Shown piece by piece: positions 22,061 to 30,596 of a DNA stretch of 32,000 bases; positions within the stretch are counted from its first letter, which is position 1, and every line of letters begins with the position of its first letter. Location of the stretch: contig NC_001263.1 in NCBI RefSeq assembly GCF_000008565.1, forward strand, positions 114,694-146,693, given 5' to 3'. The notes under the pieces are model-generated. The model saw nothing but the letters and a program-made list of their open reading frames with translations. It searched no databases and was not told the DNA's origin. This stretch comes from Deinococcus radiodurans R1 = ATCC 13939 = DSM 20539 (lineage in GTDB: Bacteria; Deinococcota; Deinococci; Deinococcales; Deinococcaceae). The translations under genes and the position numbers were made by a program.

Positions 22061-22119
22061 GGGTCGTAGGGTCGAGGAGTCGAGACCGGTTTCCCTCGAC
22101 TCCTCGACCAACTGGACCC
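22061..22119. repeat. Long hairpin repeat built from GGTCGWRG 9-mers, downstream of the DUF4870 gene
   Basis: Perfect 15-bp stem GGTCGAGGAGTCGAG (22070-22084) / CTCGACTCCTCGACC (22095-22109). An outer GGGTC (22061-22065) / GACCC (22115-22119) extension is possible. No U-tract follows. Confidence 0.5.
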
Positions 22120-22585
22120 CTAAGCCACTTGGCCGATGCCACCCGCCCCACTGCCGCACTAGCCTGCCCCCACGATGAAGATTTTTATCTGAATGCACAC
22201 GTTCTGTCCGGGGCGAAACGCTACGCTGAGCGCAATGCCTGAACGTGTCTTTTTACCGCCCGCACGATGTCGCCGGGCTGTAGCTGCCGCTCCTGTGTCC
22301 ATGCTCGTGGACCGGGAGACCCGCAGGCAACACCGTCACCCACAGAACTGACTGGCCCCCCGCGTGAGTCGAGCCGACGCTCCTCCGCTTTGCCCCCTCC
22401 TCTCACGGCCCACCTCGTGGCCCCAGAAAAGGAAGTGACCCAACATAGATAAAGTTCACGGTAACCTCTCCGGCCTGCGCCCGGCCCAGAAAAAAGCCCT
22501 GGAAAACTTATATCGCCGCCGCATCGAGCCGGGGCGCATCGGTTCGCCCGAACTGGCCCGTAACCTGGCCGAACTGTCGCATGAC

Positions 22586-24163
22586 GTGCGGCGCGAGGTC
22601 GGCGTGCTGATCGACCGCCGGGGCCGCGTGATTTCGGTCAGCGTGGCCGACGCCCGGGGCACCGAGTTTCCCGACCTGCGTCTGGGCGAGAACCGTCTGG
22701 CGGGGTTTCACCTGCTGCACGCCCATCCCCGTGGCGGGGCGCTCAGCAAGGGCGACCTCTCCACGCTGTTCCTCAAGCGCCTGGACGCGGTTTCGGCCAT
22801 CGAGGTCGGCAACGACGGGCGCCCCGGCCTGGTCCACACCGCCCACCTGACCCCTCCCGGCACGGTGGGCGAGGAAGAAGACTGGCGCATCTTGCCGCCC
22901 GCGCAGCCTTTCGAGATCGACGAGTTCGACCTCGGCGCGCAGGTCTCGGCGCTGGAGGAAGAAATTGCCCGCGCGGCCCGCACCCGCGAGGCGAAAAAGG
23001 ACCACGAACGGGCACTGCTGGTCCAGATTGACGGGGGCGAATTCGACGCCGAGGAGCGGCTGGAAGAACTCGGTGAGCTGGCGCGCACCGCCGGGGCCGA
23101 AGTCGTCTACAAGGAACTGATCTACCGTCGCAACCTCAAACCCGGCACGCTGGTGGGGGCGGGCAAACTGGAAGAACTGACGAGCAAGGCCTACCACCTC
23201 GACGCCGACCTGCTCATCTTCGGCCAGGAGCTCGGCCCCGCCCAGGCGCGTGAAATCGAGGCGGCGACCGGGCTCAAGGTGGTGGACCGCACCCAGCTGA
23301 TTCTCGACATCTTCGCTCTGCACGCGCAGGGGGTCGAGTCGCGGCTGCAGGTCGAACTCGCGCAGCTGCGCTACATGAAGCCGCGGCTGCTGGGGGCGGG
23401 GGCGCAGCTCTCGCGCATCGGGGGCGGCGGGGGCAGCGCCGGGGGCGGGGCGATCGGCACACGCGGGCCGGGGGAAACGAAGCTGGAGCTTGACCGCCGC
23501 CGCATCAACGACCGCCTGAGCTTTCTGGAAAAGCAACTTGAAGGCGTGTCGCAGCGCCGCGAGGAACGCCGCAAGAGCCGCGAGCGCAACGACGTGCCTG
23601 TGGTCAGTATCGTGGGTTACACGAACGCTGGCAAGTCCACCCTGCTCAACTCGTTCACCCACGCCGCCGAAGAGCCCCGGCGCGTGTTGGCCGAGAACAA
23701 ACTGTTCGCCACCCTGCGCCCGACCAGCCGTCAGGGTTACATTGAGGGCATCGGTCAGGTCATTTTTACCGACACGGTGGGCTTTATCCGCGACCTGCCC
23801 AAAGACCTTTCGCGGGCCTTCCGCTCCACGCTGGAGGAAATCGGCGACGCCGACGTGCTGCTGCATGTGGTGGACGCCGCTTCACCGGGCGCCGAGCAGC
23901 GCCTGGACGCGGTGAACCGCATTCTGGACGACCTCGGTTTCCGTGACATGCCCACCGTGGTGGCGCTGAACAAGGCCGACCGCGCTGAGCCGGAAGTGCT
24001 GGCGCGTGAACAGGAGCGCACAGGCGGCATCCCCGTCAGCGCCCTGAAAAACATCGGCCTGACTGAACTGAAAGAAGCCCTGGGCGACGCGGTGGCGAGC
24101 GTGCAGCGCGCCGAACTTGCCCGGCAGGAAGAAGCGCGGGCCGCGCGGGTGGAGTGGCGCTGA
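22586..24163 (+). CDS. hflX: GTPase HflX; true N-terminus probably about 45 codons upstream
   Basis: HflX N-domain (GKLEELTSKAYHLDADLLIFGQELGPAQAREIE), a G-domain (GYTNAGKSTLLN, DTVGF, NKAD) and a C-terminal tail. The in-frame sequence 22439-22585 is clearly coding-like but has no ATG, GTG or TTG. Confidence 0.9.
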   Translation: MRREVGVLIDRRGRVISVSVADARGTEFPDLRLGENRLAGFHLLHAHPRGGALSKGDLSTLFLKRLDAVSAIEVGNDGRPGLVHTAHLTPPGTVGEEEDWRILPPAQPFEIDEFDLGAQVSALEEEIARAARTREAKKDHERALLVQIDGGEFDAEERLEELGELARTAGAEVVYKELIYRRNLKPGTLVGAGKLEELTSKAYHLDADLLIFGQELGPAQAREIEAATGLKVVDRTQLILDIFALHAQGVESRLQVELAQLRYMKPRLLGAGAQLSRIGGGGGSAGGGAIGTRGPGETKLELDRRRINDRLSFLEKQLEGVSQRREERRKSRERNDVPVVSIVGYTNAGKSTLLNSFTHAAEEPRRVLAENKLFATLRPTSRQGYIEGIGQVIFTDTVGFIRDLPKDLSRAFRSTLEEIGDADVLLHVVDAASPGAEQRLDAVNRILDDLGFRDMPTVVALNKADRAEPEVLAREQERTGGIPVSALKNIGLTELKEALGDAVASVQRAELARQEEARAARVEWR

Positions 24164-24187
24164 AAGTCTGAACATCTCTGCTGAGAG

Positions 24188-24220
24188 CAGGGCGGGTGGC
24201 TTCGGCCCTCGCCCTGTTTT
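24188..24220 (+). terminator. Rho-independent terminator of hflX
   Basis: Stem CAGGGCG (24188-24194) / CGCCCTG (24210-24216) followed by TTTT. Confidence 0.7.
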
Positions 24221-24608
24221 GCCGCCAGCCTGAGCGACATCGTTCCTTCACTAAGAGAGGGAGTGGGCGTTCTCCAGACCTGCCGGCCATTGCTGAGAAA
24301 AGCGGCGTCGTCAGCGGGCAAAAGCCTCCCTCTGCCAGTGGACATGTAAGGGTCTTGAGAGCCCCCAGACGCCAAAATCTTGCGGATGATGTGCGCCGTG
24401 TCGCACCCGGCGACAGGAACAACCTGGTTTGCCGAGGGAAAGCACCGGACAGATAGGCAACAAGTCGGCTGAGCGGAAGGAGTCGCAGTGATATGAAAAC
24501 CCAACACCGAACCAGAAGCATCAACAGCCTTTGGAATGACGTCACCACGCGGAAAATAGTTGCCTCACGGATGTATCAGGCCCATACGGCACTTGCGGGA
24601 GGCGCAAA

Positions 24609-25012
24609 ATGAGGCCGCCGCGATGGCGGGCTGCGGCCAGCGGACTGACTCTGGCTTTGTTGGGGTTCAGCAGTGCCCAGGCGCAGACGGGGAGCGCCAG
24701 CTACTGCACTGGCACCTTCGCGACCATCAGCGGGGGAACTGCAACCGGGTCTGGCCGCGTGGTCTGGCACAACCCTTTTACTGGCTACAGTAAGACTCTA
24801 ACAAATGGAGACACTTCTGATTTCTCTAGTTACGGTTTTAATGGTTCTGCACTGAATAATGCTGCCGTTGACCCAGATACTGGTAACATCTATTGGATTG
24901 ACCGTGGCAATGATAATGCTAGTACCAGCACCCGCCAAAATCGCTACGGTATTGTGTGGCGCTATAATCCTTTCACAGGATCAAAAACCAATCTAGGTTA
25001 CTTGAACGCTGG
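24609..25012 (+). pseudogene. N-terminal fragment of a secreted surface protein, truncated by IS copy 1
   Basis: GGGAGG RBS and signal peptide MRPPRWRAAASGLTLALLGFSSAQAQT. An NPFTG motif occurs twice. The reading frame runs into the IS inverted repeat and stops at 25085. Confidence 0.6.
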
Positions 25013-25063
25013 CTCAGTAGGTGACAACTTCAGTTCGATGCTGTCCCAGACGGCAAAAACAAA

Positions 25064-25097
25064 CAGTTGCCCCCACCAAGCTTGATGGGGGTAACTG
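25064..25097. promoter_or_regulatory. 34-nt palindrome in the IS leader (copy 1), centred on AAGCTT
   Basis: CAGTTGCCCCCACCAAG/CTTGATGGGGGTAACTG. It lies between the left inverted repeat and the transposase start, and is the homologue of the perfect palindrome at 29016-29049. Confidence 0.6.
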
Positions 25098-25116
25098 TTT
25101 GCGGTCTCCTGGGAGT

Positions 25117-26217
25117 GTGAAATCAACAGAATCCGCTGCCCAGCAGGCTACCGCACTCACCCGGCACTTCAAAACGCACGCCAGTCACCTCCGCATCGAC
25201 ACGCTCCAGCGGCTCATCGATGTCCTCCTGGCGATGATTGCCGCGAGGAGCGTCAATCATCACGACTTGAGTGCCCACATGCCCGGTATCAGTACCCCAC
25301 AGGCTAAAAAAAGGCGGGCAGACCGCACTTTCCGGGATGAGCAGCTGGACATGGGCTTTTTCATCGCTCTGCTTGTCGTCCATCTTCCACCAGGGAAAGT
25401 CTTGCTGAGCCTGGACCGCACCAACTGGGAGCATGGCGAGACCCCCGTCAACTTTCTGGTGCTTGGAGCCGTGGTTCACGGCTTCACCCTGCCGCTCATC
25501 TGGGTGCCTCTCGACCAGTCTGGGAACAGTCACACCTACGCTCGAATGTGGCTGGTGTTGAAGCTCCTTCGGGCCTGGCCAGCGAAACGCTGCTGGGTCT
25601 GGTGGCCGATCGGGAGTTCATCGGCGCGGAATGGTTCCGCTTTCTTCGTCGTCAGGGCATCAAGAGGGCAATTCGTATCCGACAGACCGACATGCTAGAC
25701 GACATGAAGGGGAAAGAGTGGTTTGAGCACGTCCAGCACGGTCATTTTCACGAGATTGGCGAAAAGGTGTTCGTGTTCGGGGAGTTGATGCGGGTGGTCG
25801 CAACGAGGTCACCCACAGGTGACCTCGCTCATCATCGCCACAGATTTCAGTGCTCGGAAGACCTGGAGGCTCTACAAACAGCGCTGGTCGATAGAGTGCA
25901 CCTTCAGCAGTTTCAAAAAGCGAGGCTTTGACTTAGAGCGAACCGGAATGACGGAAAGGAGCCGTCTACAGCGACTCTTCGGACTGGTGACATTGGCTTG
26001 GATGTTCTGTTTGCGCCTGGGGGTCTGGCTGAGCCAGACCTGGCCCATCCCCGTTCTGAAGCATGGTCGGAGAGCGGTCAGTCTGGTGCGGCACGGTGCT
26101 CAGCATCTCGTGGATGCCCTCCGGTGGAAACCCCAACAGTTCATGGCGGTCCTAGAGGTGTTCATCCAGGCTTTTTGCCCGCCAGGAGCGGCTGAAAGTG
26201 AAGTTGTTACCTACTGA
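25117..26217 (+). pseudogene. IS4-family DDE transposase with two compensating frameshifts
   Basis: The protein is split over three listed ORFs (25021..25698, 25548..25931, 25819..26217). Relative to copy 2, one G is missing in ...gaaacgctg-ctgggt... (~25590) and one C is extra in ...gacctcgCtcatc... (~25817). Confidence 0.8.
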
Positions 26218-26218
26218 G

Positions 26219-27893
26219 CCTGTGGGGTTGCCACCCTGGTCCCGCAGGTCGACAAATCGTTCGATCAAAGCACAGTTCAAATTGATCCTGCCACCGGAAG
26301 CGCCAAAGCGCGGCTGACCATTACCGTCAGCAACCCCAACAAGGCGCCGGTCATGATCTACCGGGATATTGTCGACAGTCTGCCTGCTGCTCCTGGCGGC
26401 GGGCAGATGGTCGTCAGCACCAGCCCTAACTATCAGGCCGTTTGTGTCAACAGCAGTGGCGGAATCATCAGCAACAACTCGGGCTACAACAGCCTGAGTT
26501 ATGAGAGCAGTGACGGCAGCGGTGCGACGGTGCCCCCAGCGCCCACGGCGGGCGCGACGCAGTGGTCGGTTCCAGGCAACACGATTATTCCGGCAGGTAC
26601 TTGCCGCTTCAGCTTCGACGTGACGTTGCCGCGAGCCGGTACTTACAAGAACGTCATTCCGGCCAATATCCGGACCAGTGGCGGTAACGACGCAGACGGT
26701 GCCCAGGCATCTATCACCGCCTTTGCTGGGCCGACTGTCACCAAGGCTTACAGCCCCAAGTCCATTCTGGGGGACGGCAAAGCCACCAGTACCCTCACCA
26801 TCACCTTGAACAACTCCAGCCCTGCTGCCGTCTCCTTGACGGCCCCGCTCACCGATAACATTGGCAACGGCCTGGAAATTACCGGGGTGACTACAAGTTG
26901 CCCTGGAACCGCTACCTTTAGCGGCACGACCATCACCTATCCCAGCGGCGCGACCCTGAACCCCGGCACTTGCACGATTACGGCCACGGTGCGCTCGGCG
27001 ACGGCGGGCAGTTATCCCAACACCATCTCTGCCGGAGCGCTGCAAACCACTGTCGGCAACAATGCCGCGGCGGCCAGCGACACCTTGACCGTCACGAGTT
27101 TCACCCGCCTGACCATCACCAAGACCCATGCCAGTCAGAACTTTACTGCTGGGCAGACTGGCACTTACACCGTCACCGTGAGCAATGCCAGCGGTGCGGC
27201 GGCCACCAGCGGAGCCCTGAGCCTCAGCGACCTGCTGCCCAGTGGCATGAGCTTTAACTCTGTCACCACGACTGCGGGCGGAAGCTTCGGCACTCGTCCG
27301 GCGTCGGGTGCCACGGGCCGGGTGGACTGGACCTTCACACCCAGTACGCCGCTCGCAGCGGGGCAGAGCCTTACGTTTACCGTCACCGTGAATGTGGCCA
27401 ATACAGTCGCCAACGGCGCCACGCTGACCAATTACGCCTCGGTCGGTGGGGGCGGCGACCCCGACGTCCTGCCCACGCCCGGCGCCACCTGCACCGGCGA
27501 GCAGTGTGCCAGCGACCCCACCACGGTGAACAGGATCACCCAGTTGACGCTCCGTAAGGAATTTCCTCAGGGGGCAGCCGGACCGAAAGGTTTTGGTAAT
27601 TATGATTACGCAACCATTACTATCTCACAGGGGAGTTCAACACTAACTACAGCCACGACAAGCAGTATTGCTAATCCTGGACCAGTAGCCACTGATACTA
27701 TAAATATTACACCTGGCGCGAATTATACTTTGAGAGAAGTTCTTAAGAACGATGCTGTCTTCTCTGGCCCGGATTCCTACGATTCCCGCTACACCTGCAC
27801 CAATGCCACGACGGGCTCCACTACTGTAATGCCGACGAACTCTAGTGGTATGTCTTTCACCTTAACACCGCAGGCCGGCGACATCATCACCTG
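26219..27893 (+). pseudogene. Internal fragment of a DUF11/Ig-like-repeat surface protein, bracketed by the two IS copies
   Basis: The frame opens immediately after the IS copy 1 stop codon, so the listed ATG at 26353 is internal. Repeat domains include LTITKTHASQNFTAGQTGTYTVTVSNASGAAATSGALSLSDLLPSGMSF and PTVTKAYSPKSILGDGKATSTLTITLNN... The frame runs into IS copy 2. Confidence 0.65.
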
Positions 27894-27894
27894 C

Positions 27895-28878
27895 TCAGTA
27901 GGTGACAACTTCACTTTCAGCCGCTCCTGGCGGGCAAAAAGCCTGGATGAACACCTCCAGGATCGCCATGAACTGTTGGGGTTTCCACCGGAGGGCATCC
28001 ACGAGATGCTGAGCACCGTGCCGCACCAGACTGACCGCTCTCCGACCATGCTTCAGAACGGGGATGGGCCAGGTCTGGCTCAGCCAGACCCCCAGGCGCA
28101 AACAGAACATCCAAGCCAATGTCACCAGTCCGAAGAGTCGCTGTAGACGGCTCCTTTCCGTCATTCCGGTTCGCTCTAAGTCAAAGCCTCGCTTTTTGAA
28201 ACTGCTGAAGGTGCACTCAATCGACCAGCGCTGTTTGTAGAGCCTCCAGGTCTTCCGAGCACTGAAATCTGTGGCGATGATGACGAGGTCACCTGTGGGT
28301 GACCTCGTTGCGACCACCCGCATCAACTCCCCGAACACGAACACCTTTTCGCCAATCTCGTGAAAATGACCGTGCTGGACGTGCTCAAACCACTCTTTCC
28401 CCTTCATGTCGTCTAGCATGTCGGTCTGTCGGATACGAATTGCCCTCTTGATGCCCTGACGACGAAGAAAGCGGAACCATTCCGCGCCGATGAACTCCCG
28501 ATCGGCCACCAGACCCAGCCAGCGTTTCGCTGGCCAGGCCCGAAGGAGCTTCAACACCAGCCACATTCGAGCGTAGGTGTGACTGTTCCCAGACTGGTCG
28601 AGAGGCACCCAGATGAGCGGCAGGGTGAAGCCGTGAACCACGGCTCCAAGCACCAGAAAGTTGATGGGCGTTTCCCCGTGCTCCCAATTGGTGCGGTCCA
28701 GACTTAGCAAAACCTTCCCCGGTGGAAGATGGACGACAAGCAGAGCGATGAAAAAGCCCCTGTCCAGCTGCTCATCCCGGAAGGTGCGGTCTGCTCGTCT
28801 CTTCTTGCCCTGCGGGGTACTCATCCCCGGCATATGGGCACTCAGGTCGTGATGATTGACGCTCCTCGCGGCAATCAT
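27895..28878 (-). CDS. IS4-family DDE transposase, intact from an internal Met but out of frame with its own N-terminal ~40 codons
   Basis: 327 aa with LSLDRTNW (D), LVADREF (D) and RWSIECTF (E). The homologue of the copy-1 GTG start lies at 28996 but is in another frame, because of a 1-nt indel within codons 5-7. Confidence 0.85.
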   Translation of the reverse strand: MIAARSVNHHDLSAHMPGMSTPQGKKRRADRTFRDEQLDRGFFIALLVVHLPPGKVLLSLDRTNWEHGETPINFLVLGAVVHGFTLPLIWVPLDQSGNSHTYARMWLVLKLLRAWPAKRWLGLVADREFIGAEWFRFLRRQGIKRAIRIRQTDMLDDMKGKEWFEHVQHGHFHEIGEKVFVFGELMRVVATRSPTGDLVIIATDFSARKTWRLYKQRWSIECTFSSFKKRGFDLERTGMTERSRLQRLFGLVTLAWMFCLRLGVWLSQTWPIPVLKHGRRAVSLVRHGAQHLVDALRWKPQQFMAILEVFIQAFCPPGAAESEVVTY

Positions 28879-29015
28879 CGCCAGGAGGACGTCAATGAGG
28901 CGCTGGAGTGTATCGATGCGGAGGTGACTGGCATGCGTTTTGAAGTGCCCGGTGAGTGCGGTAGCCTGCTGGGCAGCTCCCCTCTGTTGATTTCACACTC
29001 TCAGGAAACCGCGAA

Positions 29016-29049
29016 CAGTCGGCCCCATCAAGCTTGATGGGGCCGACTG
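29016..29049. promoter_or_regulatory. Perfect 34-nt palindrome in the IS leader (copy 2)
   Basis: CAGTCGGCCCCATCAAG/CTTGATGGGGCCGACTG. Confidence 0.6.
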
Positions 29050-29100
29050 TTGGTTTTTGCCGTCTGGGACAACGTCGAACCGAAGTTGTCACCTACTGAG

Positions 29101-30532
29101 CTCTTCGACCAGTGGGCGCTTGGCAAACGTCAACCTGGCGACTTACAGCGCCTCCACGGTGACCAGCAGTGCGGCGAATACATCTGACTTGGCCAGCTGC
29201 TACTACCCTAACCTCGCGCCCAATATCACGGCGACCAAAAGCGTTCGCAAAGTGTCGGGCAGCGCGGGAAGTGCAATCTTGCCGGGCGATACCCTCGAAT
29301 ACACCATCGTGACCCGCAACTCGGGCACCCTGAGTTCTTCGACGACCACGCTGCAAGACACCGTTCCGGCAGGAACGACTTATGTGGTGGGCTCCACTCA
29401 GTTGAACTTTAGTTCCGTGACTGACCGCACGGGGGTCACGAGCAACGACCAGATGCCTTACAGCGTGGCGACGCCCATCTCCAGTCCGACGGCGGCTAGC
29501 GGCATCGTGCGGGTGGACAACACGCCCAACACCATTACCAGCAGCGCCACCGACCCCGATAACCGGGAAGCGGTGGTGACCTTCCGCGTGACGGTGAACA
29601 GTGGCGTGACTGAAATTCGCAACCGGGCGACCGCGGTTCACGTGGATGGCAGTGTTTCCACCAACGAAACGGCGACGAGCGCGGGCGCACCAGCCCTGAG
29701 CGTTGTCAAAAGCGTGGACAGCTCTTACGTGAAGGTCACGTTGCCCGATCCGGCCAACAGCACCGCTCTGGCCTTGACGCCTCAGCAGGTGGTCTACACC
29801 ATCACCGTGACCAACACCGGCACGGCGACGGCCAACAATGTGAAAGTCACGGACACGCTTCCTACCGGTATGAATCTCGTGTCCGCAACTCTGGCGCGTT
29901 CGACCAGTACCGACGCGAAGGGGGTCACGACCTATGGCACGGCCAGTGCTCTGAGCAGCTCGACTGCTGCGCCCAACCTGACCTTCGATGTGGGTTCCTT
30001 GTCCGCCACCGAGCCGGGGCACTCGGCACAGCTTCGGGTAACGGTCACGCCGAGTGTCACGCCCAACAGCAACCAGGCGGCTTATCTGAACACGGCCCGG
30101 TCAAGCGCGACCTCGGTGGCGGAGGTGACGTCGGCACAGGTCAGGACGGACGTGATCTACACCCGTCTGTTCAAGCAGGTGCACAACGTGGGCAGCAACC
30201 CGCCGGCGGAGGTTCCGCAGCAATCCCCCGCCTGGAGCGACAAGAGCCAGGGCCTGCCCGGTGAAGCGCTGGAATACTGCATTGACTTCTATAACTACGG
30301 CAGTGTGGCCCTGAACAACTACGTCGTCAAAGACGTGGTGCCGGCCAACACCACCTATGTGGTGGGAAGCGCCACCGTGAAGACGGGAACGATGGGCACG
30401 ACCCCACTGCAAACCTTTGCCGGTGCTTCTGTGGGCGAAGCGAAACGGAGTGGTGACGGCGACCATCGGCGCTCTCGCTCCCCAGGCCCGGGGCAGCTTG
30501 TGCTTCCGCGCCCGGATTCGGTAGTTGCCTGA
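29101..30532 (+). pseudogene. C-terminal fragment of a DUF11-repeat surface protein, with a probable frameshift near its 3' end
   Basis: DUF11-type repeats: ITATKSVRKVSGSAGSAILPGDTLEYTIVTRNSGT...LQDTVPAGTTYV; LSVVKSVD...VVYTITVTNTGTATANNVKVTDTLPTGMNLV; YCIDFYNYGSVALNNYVVKDVVPANTTYV. The last ~30 codons read better in the next frame (GVVTATIGALAPQARGSLCFRARIR*, stop at 30522-30524). Confidence 0.65.
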
Positions 30533-30547
30533 CCCACCACTCACTTT

Positions 30548-30576
30548 GCCCCCACTGTGACTGGTGGGGGCTTTTC
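30548..30576 (+). terminator. Rho-independent terminator after the surface-protein locus
   Basis: Stem GCCCCCAC (30548-30555) / GTGGGGGC (30564-30571) followed by TTTTCT. Confidence 0.7.
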
Positions 30577-30596
30577 TCCGTCGTACCCTGTCCCCC

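Larger units (their letters stand above)
25013..26218 (+). mobile_element. IS4-family insertion sequence, copy 1 (1206 bp)
   Basis: Terminal inverted repeats are CTCAGTAGGTGACAACTTCAG... (left) and the reverse complement of ...GAAGTTGTTACCTACTGAG (right). It encodes a DDE transposase with the YKQRWSIECTFSSFKKRG (Y-R-E-K) signature. Confidence 0.85.
27894..29100 (-). mobile_element. IS4-family insertion sequence, copy 2 (1207 bp), inverted relative to copy 1
   Basis: It has the same termini as copy 1 (CTCAGTAGGTGACAACTTC at both ends, in inverted orientation). The 3' two-thirds is nearly identical to copy 1 and the 5' third is clearly diverged. Confidence 0.85.

Noticed and set aside
24274-24284. 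CCAGACCTGCC resembles the 3' half of the cobalamin-riboswitch B12 box, in the hflX to surface-protein spacer.
   Set aside because: Only about 8 nt match. The rest of the box and the other conserved riboswitch elements are not recognisable, and the downstream gene is not B12-related.
24221-24608. The 390-nt spacer between hflX and the surface-protein gene, including ORFs 24196..24456 (+) and 24036..24548 (-), as possible small genes or an IS/MITE remnant.
   Set aside because: The translations are not protein-like. I found no terminal inverted repeats and no similarity to the IS or to other parts of the window. It is most simply a promoter/leader region for the 24609 gene.
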